A DNA stretch of 64,000 nt. Source: Gammaproteobacteria bacterium (GTDB taxonomy: Bacteria > Pseudomonadota > Gammaproteobacteria > CBDBNL01 > JAAOII01). The notes under the pieces were generated by a model. It was not told the origin of the DNA. It ran no database searches and saw only the letters and a program-made list of their open reading frames with translations. The DNA is taken from NCBI GenBank assembly GCA_965209035.1, contig OZ242372.1, forward strand, positions 1,184,001-1,248,000, in the 5' to 3' direction. The translations under genes were made by a program, and so were the position numbers. Within the stretch, counting starts at the first letter, position 1. Each line of letters opens with the position of its first letter. This document shows positions 20,983 through 30,855 of the stretch, piece by piece.

Positions 20983-22998
20983 TTACCGGCCTTGCGCCGA
21001 GAGGCCGCCCGGCAGGCAATTCAGAGCCGGGTATTGGCTGCTCGTGCCGAGATCCCAGACGCGGATGAAGGAGGCACCTGGCCCGTCATCGGTGGCATCT
21101 TCCATTTCCTCGCCGGTGTTCGGATCACACCAGAAGTTACCCCAGACCTCATAGATGCTCCCGGCAAACTCGGTCGGCGATTGCAAGGCTGTCGTGCTAT
21201 GACCCTCGCCCAAATTACCGGTACTCATAGACTGCATGGTGGTTTGATTGTCCCAATAGGTGGCAATAACATTGGTTTCACTATCGGTGATGCCGATCAA
21301 TCCACCGACAACATTGGGAGCTGAAACAGGCCCGGGGGCGGCATAAGAATAATTAATTTGAACTTCTTCCCCCAGCCCAACCAGGCCGCCAACACGCGAT
21401 CCGGTTGTTCCCTTAACACTTCCGCCGGACACATAAACATGACGAATATCCGCATCCTCACCATACCCAACCAGACCGCCAGCAAAAGAACTCGCCCCGG
21501 AAACATTCACACCGGACACGGACGCATAGCGAATATCCGCATCCTCACCATACCCAACCAGGCCGCCAACAGTATTACTCCCGGAAACATTTCCGCCGGA
21601 CACGGACGCATAGCGAATATCCGCGTCCTCACCATTCCCAACCAGGCCGCCGGCAATACTCCCGGCAACACTTCCGCCGGACACGGACGCATTGCGAATA
21701 TCCGCAGTCCTACCGTCCCCAACCAGGCCGCCAGCAGCAATACTCTCGGCAACACTTCCGCCGGACACGGACGCATAGCGAATAGACGCATTCTCACCAT
21801 ACCCAACCAGGCCACCGGCAAAATTACTCCTCCCGGAAACATTCACACCGGACACGGATGCATAGCGAATATCCGCATTAATCCCTTGCCCAACCAGGCC
21901 GCCAACAGAAAAATTCCCGGCAACACTCACACCGGACACGGACGCATAGCGAATATCCGCATTCTCACCGTCCCCAACCAGGCCGCCAACAGCAAAACTC
22001 CCGGCAACACTTCCGCCGGACACGGACGCATTGCGAATATCCGCAGTCCTACCATACCCAACCAGGCCGCCCACATCCACATTAGTGGCACCGCCATTGA
22101 CATTTGCATTCCGGAGATGCAGATTTTGGATATCACCGGTTAAGGCACCAAACAACCCCACTCCATAGGTAGTATTGCTCGCAGAGATGAACAGATCTGC
22201 AATACGATAACCCCCGCCGTCAAAGATTCCGGTATAAGAGGTGCAATTATTCGCTGATGAACAAGAGCCGATCGGCTGCCAACCTCTGCCGGTCGTCCAG
22301 ACATCCATCTTACTGCGGTTCGCATAGGAATCCGCATCGCTAAAATTCAACGAGCGAGTTAATTCGTAGCCATTACAGCCGGAACTCGGGCAACCCACAG
22401 AACCCATAGCGGTAATCTCGGGAAACATCCCATCATCCGTTCCATTGCCATTGAGATTATCGCGCAGCCGTGCCAAGTCATCCAAAGTGCTGATTTCTAT
22501 GAGGCTGTTATTATTGTCGTCCACATCTGTCTCATCCAAGATCTCGTCATTGTCATCGTCCGGGTCCTCCCTCAGGGTTGTTTGACATCCGGTAACCAAA
22601 CTATCCGGCAGCTCATCGCCATCCGTGTCCACACTCGCACAGGCATCTGTCCGGAACGCATCGTCCGTATCCGCCACGCCATCATTGTCATCGTCCAAAT
22701 CCTCGCCCGCATCGCGACAGCCGTCACGGTCATTGTCCGTAGATGCATTGGAAGTCCAGTCGGTATCGCCGCCGCTCGGACAGGCATCCGCAGTATCCGC
22801 AATGCCGTCTCCATCCAAGTCTGTGTTCGTTCCCCCGCCGGAACCGCCGCCACCGGAACCACCGCCACAGGCGGCGAGTAGGACAACCGATAGAGTGATT
22901 GTCAATAATAAAATGATGCCGCTGCGTGCCGTTTGCCCGGCCGCGGCAATACATGCAATGCAGTTGCTACTGATAGTTTGTATATTAAATATGTTCAT
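20983..22998 (-). CDS. TSP3/GLUG-like repeat surface lipoprotein D (10 repeats)
   Basis: Paralog; lipobox LAAC. Confidence 0.87.
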   Translation of the reverse strand: MNIFNIQTISSNCIACIAAAGQTARSGIILLLTITLSVVLLAACGGGSGGGGSGGGTNTDLDGDGIADTADACPSGGDTDWTSNASTDNDRDGCRDAGEDLDDDNDGVADTDDAFRTDACASVDTDGDELPDSLVTGCQTTLREDPDDDNDEILDETDVDDNNNSLIEISTLDDLARLRDNLNGNGTDDGMFPEITAMGSVGCPSSGCNGYELTRSLNFSDADSYANRSKMDVWTTGRGWQPIGSCSSANNCTSYTGIFDGGGYRIADLFISASNTTYGVGLFGALTGDIQNLHLRNANVNGGATNVDVGGLVGYGRTADIRNASVSGGSVAGSFAVGGLVGDGENADIRYASVSGVSVAGNFSVGGLVGQGINADIRYASVSGVNVSGRSNFAGGLVGYGENASIRYASVSGGSVAESIAAGGLVGDGRTADIRNASVSGGSVAGSIAGGLVGNGEDADIRYASVSGGNVSGSNTVGGLVGYGEDADIRYASVSGVNVSGASSFAGGLVGYGEDADIRHVYVSGGSVKGTTGSRVGGLVGLGEEVQINYSYAAPGPVSAPNVVGGLIGITDSETNVIATYWDNQTTMQSMSTGNLGEGHSTTALQSPTEFAGSIYEVWGNFWCDPNTGEEMEDATDDGPGASFIRVWDLGTSSQYPALNCLPGGLSAQGR

Positions 22999-23089
22999 AA
23001 TTTATTTTTGTAATTGTGAATTAATAATAAAGTTCCCTAAATAAGGAATAGTAATAGTATATCATATTTCGCCGGCTATTTTGTATGAT

Positions 23090-23154
23090 TGTATGATCCC
23101 ACCCATTTCCGGATTTGTGTTGTTTTTGCAAAAACCGGATCGGCGAGAGTTGTT
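23090..23154 (-). mobile_element. IS481-like right-end fragment upstream of adhesin D
   Basis: Same motif; the terminal TGTATGAT is duplicated (23082 and 23090). Confidence 0.8.
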
Positions 23155-23361
23155 GAGGGAAAAACGCGTATCAGCCGGCATAAAGAACCCGGGTGCCTGC
23201 CAATAGATTTCGAATAACAGATGAGAGGCAGAGGCTAAGAATAAGTTGGAAGTTGGGCGGGCAGTCGCCTTATTTGTCGTGCTCTGCCTCGCCCTGTCCC
23301 GCCCCGAGCTGCCGGTCCGTTCCGGGGCTTCCCTCTTGCCGACCTCTCTTACCGGCCCTTC

Positions 23362-26199
23362 TTACCGGTCTTGTGCCGAGAGGCCGCCCGGCAGGCAATT
23401 CAGAGCCGGGTATTGTGTGCTGTTACCGAGATCCCAGACGCGGATGAAACCAGGCGGTTGGGAAGAACTTGTCATTTCCTCGCCGGTGTTCGGGTTGCAC
23501 CAAGCATTGCCCCAGTCGACATAGATTCCCGTGAACTCGGTCGGCGATTGCAATGCTGTCGTGCTATGACCCTCGCCCAAATCACTGGCACTCATAGACT
23601 GCATGGTGGTTTGATTGTCCCAGTAGGAAGCAATGACATCGGTGACAGGATTGGCTCTGCCGATCAATCCACCGACAGCACCGGAACCTGAAACAAGCCC
23701 GGGGGCGGCATAAGAATAATTAATTTGAGCTCCTCCCCCCTGCCCAACCAGGCCGCCAACATTCGATCCGGTTCCCTTAACACTTCCACCGGACACAGCA
23801 GCATAGCGAATATCCGCAGTCCTACCGTCCCCAACCAGGCCGCCAACAATATTACTCCCGGAAACATTCACACCGGACACGGACGCATAGCGAATATCCG
23901 CATCCTGACCAAGCCCAACCAGGCCGCCAACAGCATTACTCCCGGAAACATTCACACCGGACACGGACGCATAGCGAATATCCGCATCCGGACCAAGCCC
24001 AACCAGGCCGCCAACATAAAAACTCCCCCCGGAAACATCCACACCGGACACGGACGTATAGCGAATATCCGCATCCTCACCAAGCCCAACCAGGCCGCCA
24101 GCAATACTCCCGGCAACACTCACACCGGACACGGACGCATTGCGAATATCCGCAGTCCTACCGTCCCCAACCAGGCCGCCAGCAGCATTACTGCCGGTAA
24201 CACTTCCGCCGGACACGGACGCATAGCGAATATCCGCATTAAGCCCCTGCCCAACCAGGCCGCCAGCAGAAGAGCGCGCCCCGGAAACAACTCCGCCGGA
24301 TACGACGGCATAGCGAATTGTAGTATTCTGACCATTCCCAACCAGGCCGCCAACAGCAAAAATCCCGGCAACACTCACACCGGACACGGACGCATTGCGA
24401 ATATCCGCATTCTCACCGTCCCCAACCAGGCCGCCAGCACTCCCGCGAGGAACACCCTCGGAAACACTCCTGGAAACACTTCCGCCGGACACGGACGCAT
24501 TGCGAATAGACGCATTCCTACCATTCCCAACCAGGCCGCCCACATCCACATCAGTGGCACCGCCACTGACATTTGCATTCCGGAGATGCAGATTTTGGAT
24601 ATCGCCGGTTAAGGCACCAAACAACCCCACTCCATAGGTAGTATTGCTCGCAGAGATGAACAGATCGGCAATACGATAACCGCCGCCGTCGAAGATGCCG
24701 GTATAAGAGGTGCAATTATCCGCTGATGAACAGGAGCCGATCGGCTGCCAACCGCTGCCGGTCGTCCAGACAGCCCGGTTGCCACTGCCCGCGGCATAGG
24801 AAGCATCATCACTAAAATTGAACGAGCGAGTTAATTCATAACCCACACAGCCGCCGTCATCGTCATCCGGGCAGCCCATAGAATCCACAGAGGTGATCTC
24901 GAGGATACGGCCATCATCCGCCCCATCGCCGTTCAGATCATCGCGCAGCCGCGCCAAGTCATCCAAAGTATGGATTTCTATCAAGCTATTATTATTGTCA
25001 TCCACATCCTCTGTCAAGGTAGTATTCACACCAGTCCTGCAGCCGGCAGATAATCTGTCCGGTGCTCCGTCTCCATCCGTGTCGGTGCTCGCACAGGCAT
25101 CTGTCCGGAACGCATCGTCCGTATCCGCCACGCCATCATTGTCATCGTCCAAATCCTCGTTGCTGTCATCGCGACAGCCATCGCGATCATTGTCCGTAGA
25201 TGCATTGGAAGTCCAGCCGGTAACACCGGTCGGACAAGTATCCATACTGTCTTCCAGGCCATCATTGTCATCGTCACCATCACAGGCATCACCGCCGTCG
25301 TCCGCATTGTCCGTATTGATTTGATTCAAATTGGCAACCAACGGACAATTATCGCCCGTATCCGCCACGCCGTCATTGTCATCGTCCGGATCTTCTATTA
25401 AGGTGGTATTCACGCCGGTCCTGCAGACGGCAGATAATCTGTCCGGATTGCCGTCCTCATCCGTATCGGTACTCGCACAGGCATCTGTCCGGAACGCATC
25501 TTCCGTATCCGCCACGCCATCATTGTCATCGTCATCATCACAGGCATCACCGCCGTCATCCGCATTGTCCGTGTTGGCTTGGTCCGCATTGGCAACCAAC
25601 GGACAATTATCGATATTATTATCCTCACGGTCATCGTCAATATCTGTGCCTACACCCGCTCCCGTTCCCGTTGTACTTGACACAGGAGGTGAGGTCACGA
25701 TAATGCCGCTCTCATAACGCACCCCAATCGTGATGTGATAGGTGATGTTATTGGTTAAGTCCGTAATGTTGTAGATGACCCGAGCACGCGGCGCAACATT
25801 GACAGAATTAAGTTCTGTTGTGCCGCCAACGCTCGCATTGTCACGGCGTGTGGTAATAACGAACCCGGTGATATTCATCCGGTTCGGATTAGTCCAACCC
25901 ACGAGAATATAATCCTCACCGGCCAGAGTCTGGATATTGGAAACAACCTGGGAATTCTGAGTGCCGCCACCGATGCTGCCGCTGCCGTTGCCGCCACAAC
26001 TTGTCAGGACCAAACCGAGCATACCCGCCAGCAGCACACCGTAAAAACGAGCCGGTATGCGCATCCGTCGTGCCCTATTGGGTTCGGGAAAAGCCTTAAA
26101 TGTATTAAAAGTATTAAGGAGACGCACAGATACCGTGCCTCTTTGTTCGCGGCACATTGCTTTCGCCGACCGCACAGGAAAAAAGTGTAACTGATTCAT
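23362..26199 (-). CDS. Long surface lipoprotein E: FN3-like domain, extended TSP3 repeats, GLUG-like solenoid (11 repeats)
   Basis: Lipobox LVLTSC, ILVGWTNPN..YHITIGV FN3-like segment, DNCPLVANADQANTD..GDACD TSP3 repeats, same C-terminal module as A-D. The start may be a later Met. Confidence 0.85.
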   Translation of the reverse strand: MNQLHFFPVRSAKAMCREQRGTVSVRLLNTFNTFKAFPEPNRARRMRIPARFYGVLLAGMLGLVLTSCGGNGSGSIGGGTQNSQVVSNIQTLAGEDYILVGWTNPNRMNITGFVITTRRDNASVGGTTELNSVNVAPRARVIYNITDLTNNITYHITIGVRYESGIIVTSPPVSSTTGTGAGVGTDIDDDREDNNIDNCPLVANADQANTDNADDGGDACDDDDDNDGVADTEDAFRTDACASTDTDEDGNPDRLSAVCRTGVNTTLIEDPDDDNDGVADTGDNCPLVANLNQINTDNADDGGDACDGDDDNDGLEDSMDTCPTGVTGWTSNASTDNDRDGCRDDSNEDLDDDNDGVADTDDAFRTDACASTDTDGDGAPDRLSAGCRTGVNTTLTEDVDDNNNSLIEIHTLDDLARLRDDLNGDGADDGRILEITSVDSMGCPDDDDGGCVGYELTRSFNFSDDASYAAGSGNRAVWTTGSGWQPIGSCSSADNCTSYTGIFDGGGYRIADLFISASNTTYGVGLFGALTGDIQNLHLRNANVSGGATDVDVGGLVGNGRNASIRNASVSGGSVSRSVSEGVPRGSAGGLVGDGENADIRNASVSGVSVAGIFAVGGLVGNGQNTTIRYAVVSGGVVSGARSSAGGLVGQGLNADIRYASVSGGSVTGSNAAGGLVGDGRTADIRNASVSGVSVAGSIAGGLVGLGEDADIRYTSVSGVDVSGGSFYVGGLVGLGPDADIRYASVSGVNVSGSNAVGGLVGLGQDADIRYASVSGVNVSGSNIVGGLVGDGRTADIRYAAVSGGSVKGTGSNVGGLVGQGGGAQINYSYAAPGLVSGSGAVGGLIGRANPVTDVIASYWDNQTTMQSMSASDLGEGHSTTALQSPTEFTGIYVDWGNAWCNPNTGEEMTSSSQPPGFIRVWDLGNSTQYPALNCLPGGLSAQDR

Positions 26200-26304
26200 T
26201 ATTTTCTATTGTTTATTATTGTTTTCTGTCATGATTAATATTAATTTTTTTGAGCATCAGTCAACCATTATTATAACCTTAATTTCCAAAATTATGCAGT
26301 ATTG

Positions 26305-26338
26305 TGTATAATCCGGATTTTTGTTGTTTTTGTAAAAA
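26305..26338 (-). mobile_element. Degenerate IS481-like right-end fragment upstream of adhesin E
   Basis: TGTATAATCCGGATTTTTGTTGTTTTTGTAAAAA, an internally deleted version of the motif. Confidence 0.6.
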
Positions 26339-26538
26339 GTTGCATATATGCCTTTCTAACATACATAGGCGGAAAAACCGTATTTCTGAGACATCATGTT
26401 TTTTCGTTATATTCTGTTTGTAGTTTCCTTAAACGGATATCAAAAAACTCAAAAAATTGATGCAGATTTTTTGTTTCTTGCAAACTTAAAATATCGCTGC
26501 CTTTAAATAAGGTTTGAAAGAGCGAATACGGACAAGGC

Positions 26539-27486
26539 TTATAAACGAATATACTCTTGCACGATATCACCTTTCCGAAAGCCGGGGATGCAGGTTGTAT
26601 TTTTCAGTGCCAGTTTGTTGTAATCAATTTCTTTATATAAGCGTTCGTATGCCGAGTCGGTGCGGGACTTAAAAAGGATCCATTGCTTATGTTTTTCGCA
26701 TTTATTTTTGTCGGTTTCTCTTCTGTCGTAATCTTGCCAGCCCTGGCTGGGCACGGCAAAATCAAAGTCATTATTAAAAACCTTTAAGGCTGCCGGGGTG
26801 TTGTTATATTGCCACATACTGAAATCCCGATGGCTGATGGGCGGCGGGGCAAACAGACGCTTGTTGGTGTATTCGCTGTCCGTGCGCGTCCATATCTGAA
26901 ATTCCGTATTAACCGCATATGTTTTTTTGTTACCCAGGCGAAAGGCGTCTCTCGGCAGCTCTCTTGTGCTGATCCATTTGAATTCCGGCGACAGATGTTT
27001 ATGAACGAAAAACTTTCTGAAGATGACGGGAACTATGAAAGCGATGGTATCCGCCAAAACACTCGCCTTGTTGAAAAAACGAATGGCAAGATTGCCGCGC
27101 TTTCCAAAAGGAGGGTTGCCGATGACTACCGTCTGCCGGCGATCATAAGAAACGGAACGATGATCCCAGGTCAAGAAGTCCTCGCCGATAAATTCCTTGC
27201 GCCTTGGTTCCAGATCTATGCCAATTTTTTTAGGGGGGAGTAAATCATAAAAAACACCGTCGCCGACACTTGGTTCTATGAAGAACAGGTCGCGGGTATC
27301 TTGCCCCGATATTTTTTCGAGAACGGGGGACAGATGTTGCCGGCATAAAAGAGCGATATGGTGTTTCGTAAAAAACTGGTCCAGTTGTTTGCTGTGATTT
27401 ATGTTTGTTGGCACGGCGGGTTTTGTGCGAATGTCGGTTGTCGTCATTGAATTCGTGTTCAAATGCTTTGTGTTAACTTGTATCAT
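26539..27486 (-). CDS. Orphan SAM-dependent DNA amino-methyltransferase (gamma-like motif order)
   Basis: LDQFFT, IEPSVGDG (motif I), GNPPFG (motif IV), IAFIVP. The start may be ATG 27447. Confidence 0.8.
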   Translation of the reverse strand: MIQVNTKHLNTNSMTTTDIRTKPAVPTNINHSKQLDQFFTKHHIALLCRQHLSPVLEKISGQDTRDLFFIEPSVGDGVFYDLLPPKKIGIDLEPRRKEFIGEDFLTWDHRSVSYDRRQTVVIGNPPFGKRGNLAIRFFNKASVLADTIAFIVPVIFRKFFVHKHLSPEFKWISTRELPRDAFRLGNKKTYAVNTEFQIWTRTDSEYTNKRLFAPPPISHRDFSMWQYNNTPAALKVFNNDFDFAVPSQGWQDYDRRETDKNKCEKHKQWILFKSRTDSAYERLYKEIDYNKLALKNTTCIPGFRKGDIVQEYIRL

Positions 27487-27664
27487 TAATGATAAGTAAA
27501 TTATAATACTTTAATCCATATTTTCTTATGTTCGTTCGCATTGCTCTTGCCATGACGGGTGTTGTGGGTGTGTGCAATGCATAACGGGTGCCCGGCAAGG
27601 TAAAAAAACAGATTCTGTGGGCGGTTTGGGCTTGCGGGCGATTTGGCACGGCAGAGAGGGGGAT

Positions 27665-27693
27665 ACACCTCTGTTTTGCGTATATTAAATAAG
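27665..27693 (+). repeat. 29-bp direct repeat, left of the R-M pair
   Basis: ACACCTCTGTTTTGCGTATATTAAATAAG, identical at 29729-29757. Confidence 0.92.
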
Positions 27694-27788
27694 GATGTTC
27701 GGCGGATCTTTGGGTTATTGATCGCAACACTTTGCGATGTATTTTTTGATATAATTAAAACATATGAATTACAAAATCTGATCAGGAG

Positions 27789-29159
27789 ATGCACAATAAA
27801 GCGGAGGGCAAGATGCCTTACAAGGAATTTAATAAAATGAATCCGGAATTACCGATGTCGCAACTATCGACAAACTATTTGGAAACTATTTTTGCAATTA
27901 GTGCCAAGTACTTGGATAAGGTGTTGTCCCGGGAGGAACAACAGATATTAAAAAGCAGATGTCATTATTTAACCGATAGGCCTACAACACAAATTGTTAA
28001 AGGGTTTTTGGATGCATATCGGCAGATGATTAAACAACAACATCAAAGAGAATATAAGTCGGCCAATCAACAACTGGATGCATTTTTACATACGCCTAAT
28101 AAAAACATAAAAGTTGTTTGGGGCAATTGTTTGGATGCCCTCAATGCGATGCATTCGGAGAGTGTACATCTCATGGTTACATCTCCGCCTTACTATAACG
28201 CAAGACAGTATTCACAATGGGGAAACCTAAATGCATATCTGCAAGATATGTCCGAAATTATAAAAGCAGCTTACCGAGTTCTGGATAACCACCGAGCATT
28301 TGTATTTAATGTCGGCGATATCACCGGAAATGATCATGCGCATACAAAATCTTCTTGGGGGGACAGAAGAATACCTTTGGGAGCATACTTCATCAATATA
28401 TTTGAAAAGGCGGGCTTTACATTTGTGGATGATTTCATTTGGGATAAAGGTGAGGTTCAATCTCAAAGACATAAAAACGGAGACACTCCAAATCCTATGT
28501 ATCAGTATCCGTTAAATTGCTATGAACATATTATGGTTTTTCTAAAACACAGAAAAGATGAGACGATCTATCCTTGTCCTGTTTGCGGTTGTTTGAAGGT
28601 TAATGGAAATGCTTATTGTGGCGTAGGAGTTAAATCGTGGGAATGTAAAAACCTTAAGTGCTTTGAAAGATCCAAATCAAATCGCGGGAAGAGATTTTCA
28701 TTAAGAAGTATTATGATGGATGAACTAAAAAATAACATGATTGACCCGGAATTTATAAAGAAATGGCGAAGAGACATAGTAAGAATGAACCCCACCATTA
28801 AGATTAACAGTAAAGGCGAAAATATAATCGGGCATACCGCACCTTTCCCGCATGAGTTGGCAGAGTTTGCCATTAAGTTTTTTTCGGGCATCGGCGAAAG
28901 CGTGCTGGACCCCTTTGCGGGTAGCTTTACTACTGCCATTGAAGCGGCCCGAAACGAAAGAAACGGAATAGGCATAGAATTAAACAAGGAAATGTTTTAT
29001 AATGCCATAGTTAAGAATATAAAAAAATGCTTATTTAACTATGAAGAATATGACCTCAACAAAAAACACAAAATCCAAGGACACCAAGAGAATAATCGGG
29101 CTATACGGAGAGATGCTGTTGGCAATGGAATTGCACAAAAAGGGATGGCAAGTATATAG
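27789..29159 (+). CDS. Site-specific DNA methyltransferase (beta class, N4-C/N6-A)
   Basis: VTSPPYY (motif IV) precedes HTAPFP..VLDPFAGSFTT (motifs X and I); Cys cluster CPVCGC..WECKNLKC; low GC. Confidence 0.92.
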   Translation: MHNKAEGKMPYKEFNKMNPELPMSQLSTNYLETIFAISAKYLDKVLSREEQQILKSRCHYLTDRPTTQIVKGFLDAYRQMIKQQHQREYKSANQQLDAFLHTPNKNIKVVWGNCLDALNAMHSESVHLMVTSPPYYNARQYSQWGNLNAYLQDMSEIIKAAYRVLDNHRAFVFNVGDITGNDHAHTKSSWGDRRIPLGAYFINIFEKAGFTFVDDFIWDKGEVQSQRHKNGDTPNPMYQYPLNCYEHIMVFLKHRKDETIYPCPVCGCLKVNGNAYCGVGVKSWECKNLKCFERSKSNRGKRFSLRSIMMDELKNNMIDPEFIKKWRRDIVRMNPTIKINSKGENIIGHTAPFPHELAEFAIKFFSGIGESVLDPFAGSFTTAIEAARNERNGIGIELNKEMFYNAIVKNIKKCLFNYEEYDLNKKHKIQGHQENNRAIRRDAVGNGIAQKGMASI

Positions 29160-29655
29160 AGCTTATATAGATGAAAATGTAGATTTTGTTATAGCAAAGT
29201 ATTATTGCAAAAAATGTAAAAAGACAACTAAACTGCATAAACATACCGACAAATGTGATACTTGCGGAGAAGGGAAAGTAGATTTTTTTGTTAGGTTTAT
29301 ACAGGTTAAGACATCGGAAGGAGTTCCTCATTGCAAGGAAGGGGTTAGAAGCTATAGTTTTCATGCAAAGTTAAGAAGTAACATAGGCAAGAACAGTTTT
29401 TATGCTTGGATAGCAGTTACGGAAGACAAAGAAGGTAATAAAATGCCTCATTTTTATATATTCCATCATACTGAGATCAATAAATTTGATAATTTATCTC
29501 TCCCCAGTTACCGGATAACGGATAACCAAAAAACAACATTACATATACGTTATGATGGCTCTGTTTTAAATAAGGGAATAAAATATTCTTACGATTGTTT
29601 TAAAGAATTTCATAACAATTTTGACAAGTTAGAAAACCGGAAAGCCAAAAGATAG
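29041..29655 (+). CDS. Putative type II restriction endonuclease (PD-(D/E)xK fold)
   Basis: GLYGE..GWQVY..DENVDF..IQVKTS catalytic pattern with CKKC/CDTC insert; overlaps the MTase 3' end; low GC. Confidence 0.7.
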   Translation: MKNMTSTKNTKSKDTKRIIGLYGEMLLAMELHKKGWQVYRAYIDENVDFVIAKYYCKKCKKTTKLHKHTDKCDTCGEGKVDFFVRFIQVKTSEGVPHCKEGVRSYSFHAKLRSNIGKNSFYAWIAVTEDKEGNKMPHFYIFHHTEINKFDNLSLPSYRITDNQKTTLHIRYDGSVLNKGIKYSYDCFKEFHNNFDKLENRKAKR

Positions 29656-29728
29656 AGTTATCATTCCAATTTAAGCCGCTCTTAAGTAGCCGTTAATTCT
29701 TGTTATCCGCAAAGCAGATAGGGGAAAA

Positions 29729-29757
29729 ACACCTCTGTTTTGCGTATATTAAATAAG
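29729..29757 (+). repeat. 29-bp direct repeat, right of the R-M pair
   Basis: Identical to 27665-27693. Confidence 0.92.
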
Positions 29758-29869
29758 AAGGCGGAAATAAATTCGGCATTGTAATTAAAAATGATTAAAG
29801 AATTAAAAAAGAATGATTGGCAAAAGTATTAAAAAAATTATTAAAAATTAAAGTTGCACAGTAAATAAA

Positions 29870-30823
29870 ATGAGTATCGCGATAGGACCGGGGTCGTTTT
29901 TTGAAGGCGGGTTTGGCGGCTTGGCTCGGTTTTGGACGAGCGAGGCCGGTCGGTTGCGTCTGCTCGGTTGGTTGCCGGTGGTTTTGTTGTTGGTGAGTGG
30001 CTGGGCGGCCGCCCAACTCACATGGCAAGTGACGATGTATCTTGCTCCCACACAGGCAATGACCGAGGACCTGTTTGAGCCACCCACATACAAGGAGCAA
30101 TCGCTGCCGGATTCTTTTTGGAAGTGGAGCGGCTGGACGGATTTGTATGCAAAACCGCCGCCGACCCCGCAAAAAAAGATTGATTTGAAGGTTGTGGTGA
30201 ACGGGATTTTGGGCTACGGCGATGCCGGCTCGGCGATGCTTAAAGTGGGGAAAAAGAGGTCGGCATCTCTTTATTTTGTCGGGGATAACCTGGGCAGCGG
30301 TGTTATTTTGGAAGAGGTGGCGATTAATACTGTCAAGTTACGCAAGGGCTCGCTGACCAAGACAGTGAAGCTGGAAACCAAGGGGAGTGATTTGTTTTTG
30401 GAGGTTGCGCCGGTGCCCAAACCTGCGGAACCTTCCGTTCCTGTTCCGGATGCGGTGCGCCGTGAGACACAAAACGATGTTGTGATTTTCCCCGAGAAGC
30501 TGCGCCCGGAGGTGCGCGAACAATTGGAGTCTATCGGCCAACAGGCGCAAAAAGACCCGACCAGTTTGGCAAAGGATTTTTCTTTGGACGCGGTTAATCG
30601 CGACGGCTCCGTTATCGGTTACCGACTTCGGTACAATTTGGATCCGGCACTTTTGTTGTCTTTGGGGCTTAGACCGACGGATATCGTGTTGGAAGTTAAC
30701 GGCATTCCCGTTGAGCAGATTACGGGCAACCCCGCCACCATGGCATCTCTGCTGGGCCTTAAGGAATATGATGTGCGTATAGAACGCAACGGTCGCCCCC
30801 AAAACCTGGTGATCCGCCCCTAG
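29870..30823 (+). CDS. gspC: Type II secretion protein C (PDZ-containing)
   Basis: N-terminal TM segment, HR domain, GYRL..LGLRPTDIVLEVNG PDZ; first gene before the secretin. Confidence 0.85.
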   Translation: MSIAIGPGSFFEGGFGGLARFWTSEAGRLRLLGWLPVVLLLVSGWAAAQLTWQVTMYLAPTQAMTEDLFEPPTYKEQSLPDSFWKWSGWTDLYAKPPPTPQKKIDLKVVVNGILGYGDAGSAMLKVGKKRSASLYFVGDNLGSGVILEEVAINTVKLRKGSLTKTVKLETKGSDLFLEVAPVPKPAEPSVPVPDAVRRETQNDVVIFPEKLRPEVREQLESIGQQAQKDPTSLAKDFSLDAVNRDGSVIGYRLRYNLDPALLLSLGLRPTDIVLEVNGIPVEQITGNPATMASLLGLKEYDVRIERNGRPQNLVIRP

Positions 30824-30855
30824 TCTATAGAGTCCATCGAGTCGGAATACGGAAC

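Noticed and set aside
14933-24612. Antisense repetitive ORFs (PNQAAN..GHGRIANIRI)
   Set aside because: Shadow frames of the adhesin repeats with no independent support.
14561-26199. Diversity-generating retroelement as the source of adhesin variability
   Set aside because: No reverse transcriptase or template repeat in the window; variation includes indels and repeat-number change and is not evidently adenine-specific. A trans-acting element cannot be excluded.
14325-26340. Integron cassette array
   Set aside because: No integron integrase or attC-like sites recognised; the units are paralogs with their own promoter-like sequences and the shared spacer is IS-derived.
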